Counted from the first letter of the stretch, positions 9,183 to 21,897 are shown. The stretch: 60,692 nt of DNA from an uncultured Gammaproteobacteria bacterium (GCA_964553875.1 CAZKNH010000008.1:1-60692); one strand, 5' to 3'. A program made the numbers and translations. The notes: generated from the sequence alone by a model not told the origin.

Positions 9183-9446
9183 ATGCCGGAAAGGCTTCGA
9201 GAAAGGCTCCTCGCGACGTGCGGTGCGCTCAACGCCGAGCAGCAGCAGCTCATGATCGATTTCATCTGGCTGCGCGCGCACGGACCCCGGGAGCCGGGTG
9301 AGCGCGCGCAGCGGCAGCTGATGGAGCTGCTCGAGTCGTCCAATGTCGAGTCGGAACGAATCACACGGGCGTTGAAGGAAGCCGTGGCCGAGCTCCAACG
9401 CGCGTTCGCCGAAGTGAAAGGCGGCGGCGATTCGACTAAACGCTAG
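9183..9446 (+). CDS. Hypothetical 87-aa helical protein
   Basis: Only sensible ORF in this gap, with mostly G/C-ending codons. No motif recognised. Confidence 0.5.
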   Translation: MPERLRERLLATCGALNAEQQQLMIDFIWLRAHGPREPGERAQRQLMELLESSNVESERITRALKEAVAELQRAFAEVKGGGDSTKR

Positions 9447-9617
9447 GCGTTCGTTCGACGGACGCAGCCACGACGTCGCGGCTCACGCCGACCGACAGAG
9501 CTAGGTCGGGGCGGACGTCGCCGCTACAATCTCGCGTCGACTCGCGATCGACGCCGGCTCGTCTTGCCGCGCACCGCGTTGGGGGCTTTGCGGTCCGTTC
9601 ATCGGCTCGAGAACAGC

Positions 9618-9992
9618 ATGCCGGAGAGAATCCTGTATCGGGCGCACCCGCCGATGTTTCGCAACAACCCGTTCGGCTTCATCGTCAGCATGCTGCTGAT
9701 CGGTGCAGTGGTCGGTATCCTGATCCTGTTCGTCTGGTACGTGCGCACGCGCTCCGAGCGGCTGACGATCACGCCCGAGAAGCTGCGCTACGAGCGCGGC
9801 TTTCTGGCGAAGACGCGCAGCGAGGTGCGGCTGTCGGCCATTCGCTCGATACGCGTCCGACAGTCGTTGTTCCAGCGGCTGTTCGGCACCGGCGACATCG
9901 ACGTCTTCACGGCCGGCGATCTGCCCGAAATCGCGGTCAAGGGCCTCCCGGATCCGCACGAGGTCAGAGAGCTTCTAGCCGAGTATTCGTAA
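9618..9992 (+). CDS. Bacterial PH-domain (bPH_2 / YdbS-like) membrane protein
   Basis: ORF 9564..9992 trimmed to ATG 9618. MPERILYRAHP..., then two TM-like segments (FGFIVSMLLIGAVVGILILFVWYV), then LTITPEKLRYERGFLAKTRSEVRLSAIRSIRVRQSLFQRLFGTGDIDV, typical of DUF304/bPH_2. Confidence 0.75.
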   Translation: MPERILYRAHPPMFRNNPFGFIVSMLLIGAVVGILILFVWYVRTRSERLTITPEKLRYERGFLAKTRSEVRLSAIRSIRVRQSLFQRLFGTGDIDVFTAGDLPEIAVKGLPDPHEVRELLAEYS

Positions 9993-10045
9993 CCGCGTGC
10001 GGCTGCCGCGCCGCGACCTCGGGCGCGCGGCGCGGCACGGGTTGC

Positions 10046-10231
10046 TCATGCCGCCCGCACTCGCGGGCTCCTTCGCTTTGCGATCGCGGCTTCTCGCGCG
10101 AATCGCCGTAGCCGGGCGATCACGCCGGCCGCCGCAGCAGCGATGTCGGCCACGGCGTAACGCACGACGACGTGCCGTAGTGCGGCGAGTGCATCGTCCA
10201 GTTCGTCCCATGCCTGAAAAAGCAGCTCCAT
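10046..10231 (-). CDS. Hypothetical 61-aa protein
   Basis: A strong SD (GGAGGGA) lies 6 nt upstream of the ATG. The sequence is helical and Ala-rich, but third-position GC is only moderate, so coding status is uncertain. Confidence 0.35.
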   Translation of the reverse strand: MELLFQAWDELDDALAALRHVVVRYAVADIAAAAAGVIARLRRFAREAAIAKRRSPRVRAA

Positions 10232-10396
10232 CTGCGCTCCCTCCGGACAGCTTCGATCGGAGACACGAACGGGACGAATAGAGGTTCCATTCTGATCCCT
10301 GCGCCGGTTGCGTGCTGTGGGTACGCGTCCGCAGCCGGGAGGGACGCCCGGGGGGTGAGGTGCGAGAACCGAGGGCGGCGCGCCCGGTCGGGCGTG

Positions 10397-11725
10397 CTAG
10401 TCGACGAAGTCCTCGAAGTAGACGAAATCGACGGTGCCCGGCACGGCGCCGTTCGTCGTCAGAACCGAATAGACGCCGCTGCCGGCCATCGTGACGGGCA
10501 CCGGACCTGCGAGGACGCCGCCGTTCAGCTCGCGGACGGTGAGCTCGTAGTCGCCCGGCGGGAACGCGAAGCGGGTGCTCATGCCTGGCGCGTTGAGGAC
10601 AATCGACGACGACAGCGTCGACACGTCGGTGCCCGGCGCGACGAGGAAGTACTCGAGCGTGCCGAACTGGGTCGCGGCGTTCATGAACGTGATCCGCGCA
10701 TGATCCGTGATGCGCCGGCGCTCGTCGACCGCAAACGCGACCGCGAGGTTGCCCGGGTCTCCGCCGACGAGCGCGACATGATGGCGGCTGCGCGCGAAGG
10801 TCGACGTGACCTCGGCCTCCACTGCGCCCGCGTTGCCGGCAGGCGTGACGCTCAGCTTCCGCGAGCCCGCGACGACGTCGACCGGGCCCGACCGGGCCAA
10901 AGCGGGCACGGCCGCGAGCACGGGCGCCGCGAAGTCGTCGTCGACGAAGACGTCGCGCGCAAGGCCGTCGGCCGCGGCGTTGATGACGGTGAGCGCCGAC
11001 TGCGTGCTGTCGTCGAAAATCAGCGTCGACTCGGGGCCGACGACCGATACCGCGACCGGCGCGATGCTGTCCTCGGCCGGATCGAGAACCGTGAATGTGT
11101 AGGACTGCCCTTCGCCCAACGAGACGATCCCGGACATCATCAGGACGTTGGTCGGATTACCGGCCTCCGTCAGGCTCACGCGGTAATCGCCGGGTGCGCG
11201 AGTCGCAGGCTGGATGATCTCGCCGAAGCCCAGCGTGCCGACCGGAGAGACGGCCGAAGGCACGATGCCGTCGGGCTCGACGTAGATCGACATCGGACCG
11301 AGCGACGGCGCCGCATGCACGGCGACGATCTCGGCCGACGTGCCGGTGAAAGGCGTTTTCTCGACGATGATCGGCCGCAGCTCGCCCGCGGCCTCGGTGA
11401 TCACGAAGAAATACTGCTGGTCGGGCACGAGGGTGCGGGAGAAGCCGCCGAGCAGCGTCGTGGTCGTGCCGTTCGCGTCGACCGCTTGGACGCTGAAGTC
11501 GTAGTCGTCCGAATCCCAGAAGAGCGTGCCCGACGCTTGCCGATAGTCGAGCTGCGTTTCGTTACGCTGCTCCCGCAGGAAATTCAACGTGCCTCGTGCG
11601 GGCGCGGCATGCAGCACGCGCGCTGTCACGCCTGGCGGACGCTCTCGGCCGCCCTCGCAGCCCGTGAGCGCGCTCGCAACGAGAAGCCAGGCCGCCATCG
11701 CGGCGTAACGAGTTAGTGATGTCAT
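10397..11725 (-). CDS. DUF4397-repeat lipoprotein
   Basis: ORF 10397..11902 trimmed to ATG 11725 (MTSLTRYAAMAAWLLVASALTGC lipobox). Four ~90-aa modules each start (V/I)xxxHAAP/NAA... and carry a GDY..(V/T) strand, as I recall for DUF4397. Confidence 0.75.
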   Translation of the reverse strand: MTSLTRYAAMAAWLLVASALTGCEGGRERPPGVTARVLHAAPARGTLNFLREQRNETQLDYRQASGTLFWDSDDYDFSVQAVDANGTTTTLLGGFSRTLVPDQQYFFVITEAAGELRPIIVEKTPFTGTSAEIVAVHAAPSLGPMSIYVEPDGIVPSAVSPVGTLGFGEIIQPATRAPGDYRVSLTEAGNPTNVLMMSGIVSLGEGQSYTFTVLDPAEDSIAPVAVSVVGPESTLIFDDSTQSALTVINAAADGLARDVFVDDDFAAPVLAAVPALARSGPVDVVAGSRKLSVTPAGNAGAVEAEVTSTFARSRHHVALVGGDPGNLAVAFAVDERRRITDHARITFMNAATQFGTLEYFLVAPGTDVSTLSSSIVLNAPGMSTRFAFPPGDYELTVRELNGGVLAGPVPVTMAGSGVYSVLTTNGAVPGTVDFVYFEDFVD

Positions 11726-11973
11726 CGAACCCTTGAGGGGGAGGCGTTGTGCGAGAAGGCCCAATGTTACAGGCTCGTCCGCGCGGGGCGGAAGGCCGTC
11801 GGCCGCAGGCGACGCCCTGGCGGCGATGACGCTCGTCGTCCGCGCCGCTCGGAGCGCGTCCCGCGGCCGCATCGGAAGCCGCGTGCGCCTCCCGGGGTGC
11901 ACGCCGTGGTACCGGCCGCTACAATCCGATCCCTTCTTGGCATCTGGCCCCGTTCCGCGCGTAGCAGCGATCG

Positions 11974-12357
11974 ATGCCCGGCTTTCTCGTACGTCTGCTG
12001 ATCAATGCCGTCGGGCTCTGGCTCGCCGCGGCGATCGTGCCCGGGATCGAGATCAGCGGTGCTTTCACGCTGATCCTCGCGGCGCTCTTGATGGGCATCG
12101 TGAACGCTCTGGTTCGGCCGATCGTCGTCGTGCTGACGTTGCCGCTGACGATCGTGACATTGGGCATCTTTCTCCTCGTGATCAACGCAGGCATGTTCGG
12201 ACTCGTCGCGTGGATGCTCGACGGGTTCGTCGTCAGCGGCTTCTTCTCCGCCCTGTTCGGCTGGTTGATCGTATCCCTCGTGAGCGCCGTCGCGTCCTGG
12301 TTCATCGGGCCGAAGGGGCGGTACGAGGTCCTGATCGTCGAGCGGCGCGTTCGGTGA
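11974..12357 (+). CDS. DUF360 / phage-holin-superfamily-IV-like 4-TM membrane protein (YvlD-like)
   Basis: 127 aa. LINAVGLWLAAAIVPGIEISG...LMGIVNALVRPIVVVLTLPLTIVTLGIFLLVINAGMF matches the PF04020-type pattern from memory. TACAAT at 11920-11925. Confidence 0.8.
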   Translation: MPGFLVRLLINAVGLWLAAAIVPGIEISGAFTLILAALLMGIVNALVRPIVVVLTLPLTIVTLGIFLLVINAGMFGLVAWMLDGFVVSGFFSALFGWLIVSLVSAVASWFIGPKGRYEVLIVERRVR

Positions 12358-12365
12358 TCGGGAGC

Positions 12366-13355
12366 ATGCCGAAGCGTCGCGTCACGGCGGCGCTCGTCGT
12401 CGCCGGCCTGGCATCGATGGTCGGCGCCGCGCGGGCCGACGAGGGGCAGCCTTTCCGAACGCGCAACCTGAGCCCGCTCGTTTCGATCTTCGGAATTCCC
12501 GCCTGGTCGAACGCGCCGAGCGAAGGTACGCGCGTCGGCGTGAGCGTCGAGCTCGCGAATCATTACCGCTTGTCGAGCCGCGGCAGCGAGGCGCTGGTCC
12601 TGGACGGTGAGACATGGCGTGCTGCGCTCGTCGTCGAGCATGCTTTCGGACGGAGAGCGTTCGCGGCACTCGAGCTGCCGTATTACCGGCAGTCAGGCGG
12701 AATCCTCGACGACGTGATCGACGCATGGCATGCGGCGTTCAATCTCCCGGACGGCGCCCGGAATCGCCGCGCCGAGGACCAGATCGCATACGTGCTCGAC
12801 GCCGGCGCCGGACCGTTCTACGGGCTCGGCCGAAGCGGCGGCGCGCTCGGCGACGCGATCCTGTCCGCGGGCCTCACGTTCGGCAGCGGCGCGAGCGGCC
12901 GAAGCGGCCAGCTCCGTGCGTCTCTGAAGGTGCCGACCGGCGACGAGTTGTGGCTCGCAGGAAGCGGCGCCACGGATTTCGCGTTGACGTGGCTTGCGAC
13001 GCGGCGCGGCGAGGCCTGGGGCCGGCCGGGCGCGTACTACTGGGGCATCGGCGGCTTACTGCTCGGCACCCCGGAAATCATCGAATACGACGCACGCCGT
13101 GCCGGCTTCGTCGGGCTCGTCGGAGGCGGCATTCGACCGTGGCCGCGGTGGGGCTTGAAGGCACAGCTCGAGTTTCACAGCGCGCTGTACGAGTCGCGGC
13201 TTCGCGAAATCGGTGATGCCGGCGTGCAGGCGACGATCGGCGGGTGGCGGTACCTCGGCGAGCGCGGCGTGCTCGAGCTCGCGATCAACGAGGATGTCGC
13301 GGTCAGCACGTCACCGGATCTCGTCGTACACATCAACTTGCAGTGGGAGTTCTGA
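12366..13355 (+). CDS. Exported protein, probable outer-membrane beta-barrel (DUF3187-like)
   Basis: Long ORF 11733..13355 trimmed to ATG 12366 (MPKRRVTAALVVAGLASMVGAARA/DEG Sec signal). Alternating beta-like pattern. C-terminal ...HINLQWEF. The DUF3187 assignment is from memory only. Confidence 0.7.
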   Translation: MPKRRVTAALVVAGLASMVGAARADEGQPFRTRNLSPLVSIFGIPAWSNAPSEGTRVGVSVELANHYRLSSRGSEALVLDGETWRAALVVEHAFGRRAFAALELPYYRQSGGILDDVIDAWHAAFNLPDGARNRRAEDQIAYVLDAGAGPFYGLGRSGGALGDAILSAGLTFGSGASGRSGQLRASLKVPTGDELWLAGSGATDFALTWLATRRGEAWGRPGAYYWGIGGLLLGTPEIIEYDARRAGFVGLVGGGIRPWPRWGLKAQLEFHSALYESRLREIGDAGVQATIGGWRYLGERGVLELAINEDVAVSTSPDLVVHINLQWEF

Positions 13356-13894
13356 TGCTCGACGAAACGCCGCGCGCGTCGTTGCGTGCTCGCGCGGTGC
13401 GGATCGTAACGGTGTGTTGCACGGTGCTCTTGCTGTCGGCTTGCGGCGGCAGCGACCGGAGCGACGCCGCCGCGTCGTCGACGATGGGCCGTCCCGCTTC
13501 GGATGACCTGGGGCCCGCGAGCGACGCTGCGCGAAGCACCGAGCGTGCGCTCTATGCGCGCGGAGAGCTTCTGAGCTTCGCGTGTCGGCCGTGCCACGGG
13601 CTCGCGCCCGGCGACGAAAGCCCGATGGGGCCGCATCTCTACGGGCTTTTCGGTCGGCCAGCCGGAACGAGCGAGGGGTTCGATTATTCGCCGGCGTTGC
13701 GCGACTCCGGGATCGTGTGGACGGCAGAGACGCTCGACGCGTGGCTCGCGCAGCCCGAGGCGTTCCTGCCGGGCAATGAGATGGCCTTCGCCGGATTCCG
13801 CTCCGCCGACGACCGCCGTGCGCTGATCGCGTACCTGCGCGACGTGACGGCCCGTCCGAACGCGGCGACGGAGACCGGCGAAGCGTCGGATTAA
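13355..13894 (+). CDS. Monohaem class I c-type cytochrome (c2/mitochondrial-like), lipoprotein
   Basis: ATG 13355 shares its A with the upstream TGA. GGGAG lies 5 nt upstream. Lipobox LLLSAC. CRPCH haem site. GPHLYGLFGRPAG..GFDYS..., NEMAFAGF (Met ligand), ALIAYL. Confidence 0.85.
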   Translation: MLDETPRASLRARAVRIVTVCCTVLLLSACGGSDRSDAAASSTMGRPASDDLGPASDAARSTERALYARGELLSFACRPCHGLAPGDESPMGPHLYGLFGRPAGTSEGFDYSPALRDSGIVWTAETLDAWLAQPEAFLPGNEMAFAGFRSADDRRALIAYLRDVTARPNAATETGEASD

Positions 13895-14008
13895 TTTACG
13901 CATCGATGCCATCGGCGCGGGCCGACACCGCCGAATCGCGGTTTTTCCCGCGTTTTCCCCGCACCGGTCCACTTCTTGCATTGGCTGCGTAACAAACAGG
14001 GGGTGCCG

Positions 14009-14506
14009 ATGCCACAACGAGGATCGCGCCTGGCGGGCGCTTTGGCTGTAAGCGGAGCAGGCTTCATCGAGCGTCGCAGCGGCTACGACCGGCGACGGAT
14101 GGGGATCAGGACGTTCCTATATGGAGGCTTCAATCCGCGCCGCAGGAACGGCGGGCGCCGGCGAGACGACTGCGCACTCTTCGTCGACTGGCACGAGCCT
14201 CATCTGCTTTTCCTCGCGGTGTCGATTCTGCTGCTCAGCGTCGTCGACGCGTTCATGACGGTAACTCTGCTCTCCGTCGGTGCACGCGAGGTCAATCCCG
14301 TCATGGATTTCGTGCTGCAGCAGAGGCCCGAGCTTTTCGCGTTGGCCAAAATGGCGCTGACCGGCGGTGGCGTGCTGGTCCTCGTCGCGTGCGCGCGCGC
14401 GACGGTGTTCCGGATCATCCGGGTCAGCGCGGTGATGCATTGGTGCTTGCTGCTCTACGCGGGACTCGTCGCCTACGAGTACTGGCTGCTCGACCGCCTC
14501 GTTTGA
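14009..14506 (+). CDS. Polytopic membrane protein (DUF5658-like) with Arg-rich N-terminal head
   Basis: ORF 13976..14506 trimmed to ATG 14009 (AGGGGG SD). RRSGYDRRR...RRRNGGRRRDD is followed by 4 TM segments (LLSVVDAFMTVTLLSVGAREVNPVM...). Confidence 0.7.
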   Translation: MPQRGSRLAGALAVSGAGFIERRSGYDRRRMGIRTFLYGGFNPRRRNGGRRRDDCALFVDWHEPHLLFLAVSILLLSVVDAFMTVTLLSVGAREVNPVMDFVLQQRPELFALAKMALTGGGVLVLVACARATVFRIIRVSAVMHWCLLLYAGLVAYEYWLLDRLV

Positions 14507-14512
14507 ACCGTC

Positions 14513-14544
14513 ACGGCTCGTATGTGCCCGTACATATGAGCCGT
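14513..14544 (+). terminator. 13-bp hairpin after the DUF5658-like gene
   Basis: ACGGCTCGTATGT-gcccgt-ACATATGAGCCGT (one G-U pair), 7 nt after the stop, followed by CGCGTTTC (weak U-tract). Confidence 0.5.
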
Positions 14545-14650
14545 CGCGTTTCAAGTTGATACTCGTTTAGCTACACTACGCCGGCCCCGTTTCCGGCCCG
14601 AGTGGGGTGCCGCCCGCCGGCGCCGCATCGCCTCGGCTCGAGTCCCGGTA

Positions 14651-17503
14651 ATGAGCAGTACGGTATTCAAGCAGCAGTTGCAATCGACCCCTTTACAGGG
14701 TGCAAATGCTTCGTTCATCGAGGCGCTCTACGAGTCGTATCTCGAGTCGCCGGGCAGCGTGCCCGAGGCTTGGCGACGCCTCTTCGAGAGCATCGGTCCC
14801 GAGCAGGACGACGTCGCTCACGGCCCGATACGCGAAGCCCTCGGCCGACGGCTCACCGCCCCCTCGACGGTCGCGCGGGTGTCGGCGCCCGACGCGCCGG
14901 CGAGCGAGAAGCAGGCGGCCGTATCACGTCTGATCCAGGTTTACAGCCTGCGCGGGCATCAGATCGCGGATCTCGATCCGCTCGGGCTGTGGAAGCGGCA
15001 CACCCCCGCGGTGCTCAAGCTCGACTTCCTCGGCATCGAGCCCGAGGACTTCGATCGCGAGTTCTACACCGGCGGCCTCGCCGGGACGGGCCACAGCCGC
15101 ATGAAGCTGCGCGACATCCTCGCGCTGCTGAAGAAGATCTACTGCGGGAAGCTCGCGGCTGAGTTCGCGCACATTTCCCGGGCAAGGGAGCGCTTGTGGC
15201 TCCGCGAGCGGTTCGAGGATTGCCGCGCGCATTGGCAGATCTCGAAGCGCGAGCAGATCGAGATCCTGCGCAGCCTCACCCGCGCCGAAGGCATCGAGCG
15301 CTACCTCAACACGAAGTACGTCGGCCAGAAGCGCTTCTCGCTCGAAGGCGGGGAGACGCTGATCCCGATGCTCGACGATCTGATCCAGCGCGCCGGCGAG
15401 CGGGGGGTGCAGGAGATCGTGATCGGCATGGCGCACCGCGGCCGTCTCAACGTGCTCGTGAACGTGCTCGGGAAGTCGCCGCAGGAGCTCTTCTCCGAGT
15501 TCGAAGGCGCCTACGACCTCGCGACGCTGAAGGGCTCGGGGGACGTCAAGTACCACATGGGCTTCTCGGCGGATCTGCGCACGCCCGGCGGCAACGTGCA
15601 CGTCGTCGTCGCGTTCAATCCGTCTCACCTCGAGATCGTCGACCCGGTCGTCGAGGGCTCGGTTCGCGCGAGGCAGGACCGACGCGGCGATCGGCAGGGT
15701 GACGAGGTTTTGCCGGTCCTGATCCATGGCGACGCCGCGGTCGCCGGCCAGGGCGTCGTCGCCGAGACGCTGCAGCTGTCGCAGACGCGCGCGTTCTACA
15801 CCGGCGGCACGATCCACATCATCGTCAACAACCAGATCGGCTTCACGACCAGCGACCCGGGCGACAGCCGGTCGACGCCGTACTGCTCCGACATCGCGAA
15901 GATGATCGAGGCGCCGGTCTTCCACGTGAACGGCGATGATCCGGAAGCGGCACTCGCCGCGATCCGCCTCGCGCTTGCGTACCGACAGACGTTCCACAAG
16001 GACGTCTTCATCGATCTCGTCTGCTACCGGCGGCTCGGCCACAACGAGGCCGACGAGCCTGCGGCGACGCAGCCGGTGATGTATCAGGCGATCCGCAAGC
16101 ACCCGAGCGTCCTGTCCATTTATAGCAGGAAACTCCAGGAGTTAGGCGTCGTTTCTAAGGAAGAGGTTGACGAGATCGCCGAGGCTTACCGGCAGTGCCT
16201 CGACGAGGGTCGGAACCCGAACGAGAACGCGCTCGGCATGCTCGGCAACCAGCATACGGTCGACTGGAGCCGCTACCAGCAGGCCGGGCTCAACGAGTCC
16301 GTCGACACCGGGGTGCCGATGCAGGAGCTGAAGCGCCTCGCGGAGCTGATGAATCGTGTGCCGGAAGACTTCGTGCTGCATCCTCGCGTGCAGCGCATCG
16401 TCGACGACCGCAAACGCATGGCGGCCGGCGAGCTCGACGTCGACTGGGGGTTCGCCGAGAACCTCGCTTACGCGACGCTCCTCGCGGAGAACTTCCACGT
16501 GCGGCTCGTCGGTCAGGACAGCCGCCGGGGCACGTTCTTCCATCGCCACGCCGCGCTGTTCAATCAGACGAACGGCGAAGCGTTCGTGCCTCTTGCACGC
16601 GTCGCCGGCGAAAACGCGTTCCTCGTCGCGGACTCGCCGCTCTCCGAGGAAGCCGTGCTCGGCTTCGAGTACGGTTACAGCACGACTTCGCCGGATTGCC
16701 TCGTCATCTGGGAAGCGCAGTTCGGCGACTTCGCGAACGGTGCGCAGGTGCTGATCGATCAGTTCATCTCGTCCGGGGAAGCGAAGTGGGGGCGGCTATG
16801 CGGCCTCACGCTTTTCCTGCCGCACGGGCACGAGGGGCAGGGGCCGGAGCATTCGTCCGCGCGCCTCGAGCGTTTCCTGCAGCTTTGCGCCGAGCACAAC
16901 ATGCAGGTGTGCGTGCCGTCGACGCCGGCGCAGATGTTCCACCTGCTGCGTCGGCAGATGCTGCGGCCGGTGCGGAAGCCTCTGATCGTGCTGACGCCGA
17001 AGAGTCTGCTGCGACACCGGTTGTCGGTCTCGTCGCTCGAGGAGCTCTCGCGCGGGCGTTTCCAGCCGCTGATCGGCGAAGTCGAGAAGATCGATCCGAA
17101 GAGCGTGCGGCGCATCGTGTTCTGCAGCGGCAAGGTTTACTACGAGCTCGCCGAGGCACGCCGCGCGGAGAAGCTCGAGCGGATCGCGATCGTTCGGATC
17201 GAGGAGCTCTATCCGTTCCCGATCGAGGAATACGCGCGCACGATCGCCCGCTATCCGAACGCAAAGGAGATCATCTGGTGCCAGGAGGAGCCGCAGAACC
17301 AGGGGGCGTGGTACCAGATCCGTCATCGGCTGCAGGAGCCGCTCACCGACGAGCACCAGCTTTTCTATGCCGGGCGACCGGGGGCTGCCGCGCCCGCGTC
17401 CGGCATCCACGCGTTGCATGTTCGCCAGCAGCAGGCGCTGGTCGCCGCCGCGCTTGCCGCCGACACGCGCGAGCGCAGGTCATCGCTGGCGAAGCGCGCT
17501 TGA
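14651..17503 (+). CDS. sucA: 2-oxoglutarate dehydrogenase E1 component
   Basis: 950 aa. N-terminal SFLSG-like ([17 protein letters not shown]), full-length collinear with SucA, followed by sucB and lpdA. Confidence 0.95.
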   Translation: MSSTVFKQQLQSTPLQGANASFIEALYESYLESPGSVPEAWRRLFESIGPEQDDVAHGPIREALGRRLTAPSTVARVSAPDAPASEKQAAVSRLIQVYSLRGHQIADLDPLGLWKRHTPAVLKLDFLGIEPEDFDREFYTGGLAGTGHSRMKLRDILALLKKIYCGKLAAEFAHISRARERLWLRERFEDCRAHWQISKREQIEILRSLTRAEGIERYLNTKYVGQKRFSLEGGETLIPMLDDLIQRAGERGVQEIVIGMAHRGRLNVLVNVLGKSPQELFSEFEGAYDLATLKGSGDVKYHMGFSADLRTPGGNVHVVVAFNPSHLEIVDPVVEGSVRARQDRRGDRQGDEVLPVLIHGDAAVAGQGVVAETLQLSQTRAFYTGGTIHIIVNNQIGFTTSDPGDSRSTPYCSDIAKMIEAPVFHVNGDDPEAALAAIRLALAYRQTFHKDVFIDLVCYRRLGHNEADEPAATQPVMYQAIRKHPSVLSIYSRKLQELGVVSKEEVDEIAEAYRQCLDEGRNPNENALGMLGNQHTVDWSRYQQAGLNESVDTGVPMQELKRLAELMNRVPEDFVLHPRVQRIVDDRKRMAAGELDVDWGFAENLAYATLLAENFHVRLVGQDSRRGTFFHRHAALFNQTNGEAFVPLARVAGENAFLVADSPLSEEAVLGFEYGYSTTSPDCLVIWEAQFGDFANGAQVLIDQFISSGEAKWGRLCGLTLFLPHGHEGQGPEHSSARLERFLQLCAEHNMQVCVPSTPAQMFHLLRRQMLRPVRKPLIVLTPKSLLRHRLSVSSLEELSRGRFQPLIGEVEKIDPKSVRRIVFCSGKVYYELAEARRAEKLERIAIVRIEELYPFPIEEYARTIARYPNAKEIIWCQEEPQNQGAWYQIRHRLQEPLTDEHQLFYAGRPGAAAPASGIHALHVRQQQALVAAALAADTRERRSSLAKRA

Positions 17504-17519
17504 GCATCGAGGCCGCAAC

Positions 17520-20244
<2,725 letters not shown>

Positions 20245-20597
20245 AAGCGCGATCGATCGAGCAAGCTCGCGAGCCCGATCGAATCACGATCGCCGCAGCC
20301 GAGCGCGCGCGACGCACGAGCGAGCGCGCGCGACGGCGAGCGGACTGTTCGTTCGGTGAGCGGACGCGCTCGTGTCCGCGATGATTTCCCGTCGGTCGGC
20401 GTGTCGCTTACGCTCGGCGAATGCCGTTATGATAGGCGCCGGCAAAGCCGGGAGGCTTCGCCGGTGGGTTTTCGGAGTTCGAGCATACGGGGCGGGAGCG
20501 ACGACCGCGCGGCCGGTCGCCGGGCGATCGTGGGGGCAAGTGTCGCCGGATAGCCGCTCTGCAATAGCCAACGCAGCGGAACGCTGGGAGCAGTGAC

Positions 20598-21344
20598 ATG
20601 GCGGGTCACAGCAAGTGGGCGAACATCAGATTCAGAAAAGGCGCGCAGGACGCAAAGCGCGGCAAGATCTTCACGAAGCTCATCCGCGAGATCACGATCG
20701 CGGCCCGCACCGGAGGCGGTGATCCCGCGTCGAATCCGCGGCTTCGTCTCGCGATCGAGAAGGCGAAGGCGCAGAGCATGCCCAAGGACAACATGGAGCG
20801 CGCGATCAAGCGCGGGACGGGCGAGCTCGAAGGCGAGAGCTACGAGGAGGCGCGCTACGAAGGCTATGGCCCGGGCGGCGTCGCCGTCATGGTCGATTGC
20901 CTCACCGACAACCGAAACCGCACGGTCGCGGACGTCCGTCACGCGTTCTCGAAGTACGGCGGCAACCTCGGCGCGGACGGCTCCGTCGCATATCTGTTCT
21001 CGCAGGTCGGCGAGCTCTCGTATCCGCCGGGCAGCGACGAGGACCGGATCATGGAGGTCGCGATCGAGGCCGGCGCGTCCGACGTCGTCACGAACGAAGA
21101 CGGCTCGATCGACGTGCTGACGGCCCCCGAGGACTACGAGCGCGTGCACGAGGCGATGAAGAGCGCGGGGCTCGAGCCCGAGAGGGCCGAGGTCACGATG
21201 CGCGCGTCGACGAAGGTGCGGGTAGAAGGCGCGCAGGCCGAGTCGCTGCTGAAGCTCCTCGACGTGCTCGAGGAGCTCGACGACGTGCAGAACGTCTATA
21301 CGAACGCCGACATCCCCGACGCGCTGCTGGAGGAAACGGCATAG
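20598..21344 (+). CDS. yebC: YebC/PmpR family DNA-binding transcriptional regulator
   Basis: [28 protein letters not shown]... is the canonical family N-terminus. 248 aa. Confidence 0.93.
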   Translation: MAGHSKWANIRFRKGAQDAKRGKIFTKLIREITIAARTGGGDPASNPRLRLAIEKAKAQSMPKDNMERAIKRGTGELEGESYEEARYEGYGPGGVAVMVDCLTDNRNRTVADVRHAFSKYGGNLGADGSVAYLFSQVGELSYPPGSDEDRIMEVAIEAGASDVVTNEDGSIDVLTAPEDYERVHEAMKSAGLEPERAEVTMRASTKVRVEGAQAESLLKLLDVLEELDDVQNVYTNADIPDALLEETA

Positions 21345-21369
21345 TGCGGCCGGGCACGCTTCTCCTTTT

Positions 21370-21897
21370 GTGCCGAGATCGAGTGCCGTGAAGGGCGCCG
21401 TCCGCATCCTCGGTATCGATCCGGGCTCGCAGGTCACCGGTTTCGGCATCGTCGATGCGATCGGCGGACAGGCGCGGGCCGTCGCTTGGGGAAGCATCAG
21501 GACCTCCGGCGAGCACAGCGAGCGTCTGCGGCGGATCTTCGAGGAGATCGACCGCATCATCTCGACGCATGCGCCCGAGGAGGTCGCGATCGAGAGCGTC
21601 TTCGTCCATCGCAACGCCGACAGCGCCCTCAAGCTCGGTCAGGCGCGCGCGGCCGCGCTCTGCGCGACGTTTCGCGCGCGCTTGCCGATCCACGAGTACT
21701 CGCCGCGTCACATCAAGAAGGCGGTCGTCGGCGCGGGCGGAGCCGAGAAGCCTCAGGTGCAGCGGATGGTCAAGATGCTGCTCGGGCTCGGCGAAGCGCC
21801 TGAGCCCGATGCGGCGGATGCGCTCGCGGCTGCGCTTTGTCACGCCCATTCGCGCACGGCGCGGGCGGCATTGATGAAGGCGGCGGGGGCGACGTGA
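21370..21897 (+). CDS. ruvC: Crossover junction endodeoxyribonuclease RuvC
   Basis: [14 protein letters not shown], ...EYSP..IKKAV.G.G.A.K.QV. The true start may be GTG 21388 ([13 protein letters not shown]). Confidence 0.9.
   Translation: MPRSSAVKGAVRILGIDPGSQVTGFGIVDAIGGQARAVAWGSIRTSGEHSERLRRIFEEIDRIISTHAPEEVAIESVFVHRNADSALKLGQARAAALCATFRARLPIHEYSPRHIKKAVVGAGGAEKPQVQRMVKMLLGLGEAPEPDAADALAAALCHAHSRTARAALMKAAGAT

Noticed and set aside
10283-10310. GGTTC...GATCCCTGC resembling the tRNA-Lys T-arm (possible att).
   Set aside because: Only a 9-mer is exact, which is expected by chance in 60 kb. It has a 6-nt interruption and lies 20 kb upstream of tRNA-Lys, on the wrong side.
11974-12357. Holin-superfamily-like gene as evidence of a prophage lysis cassette.
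   Set aside because: No endolysin, spanin, terminase or any phage gene is nearby. DUF360/YvlD-like proteins are common chromosomal membrane proteins.
20301-20334. Direct repeat GAGCGCGCGCGAC x2 (period 21) in the 353-bp lpdA-yebC spacer.
   Set aside because: It is alternating GC low-complexity sequence in a GC-rich spacer, too simple to argue for function without conservation data.
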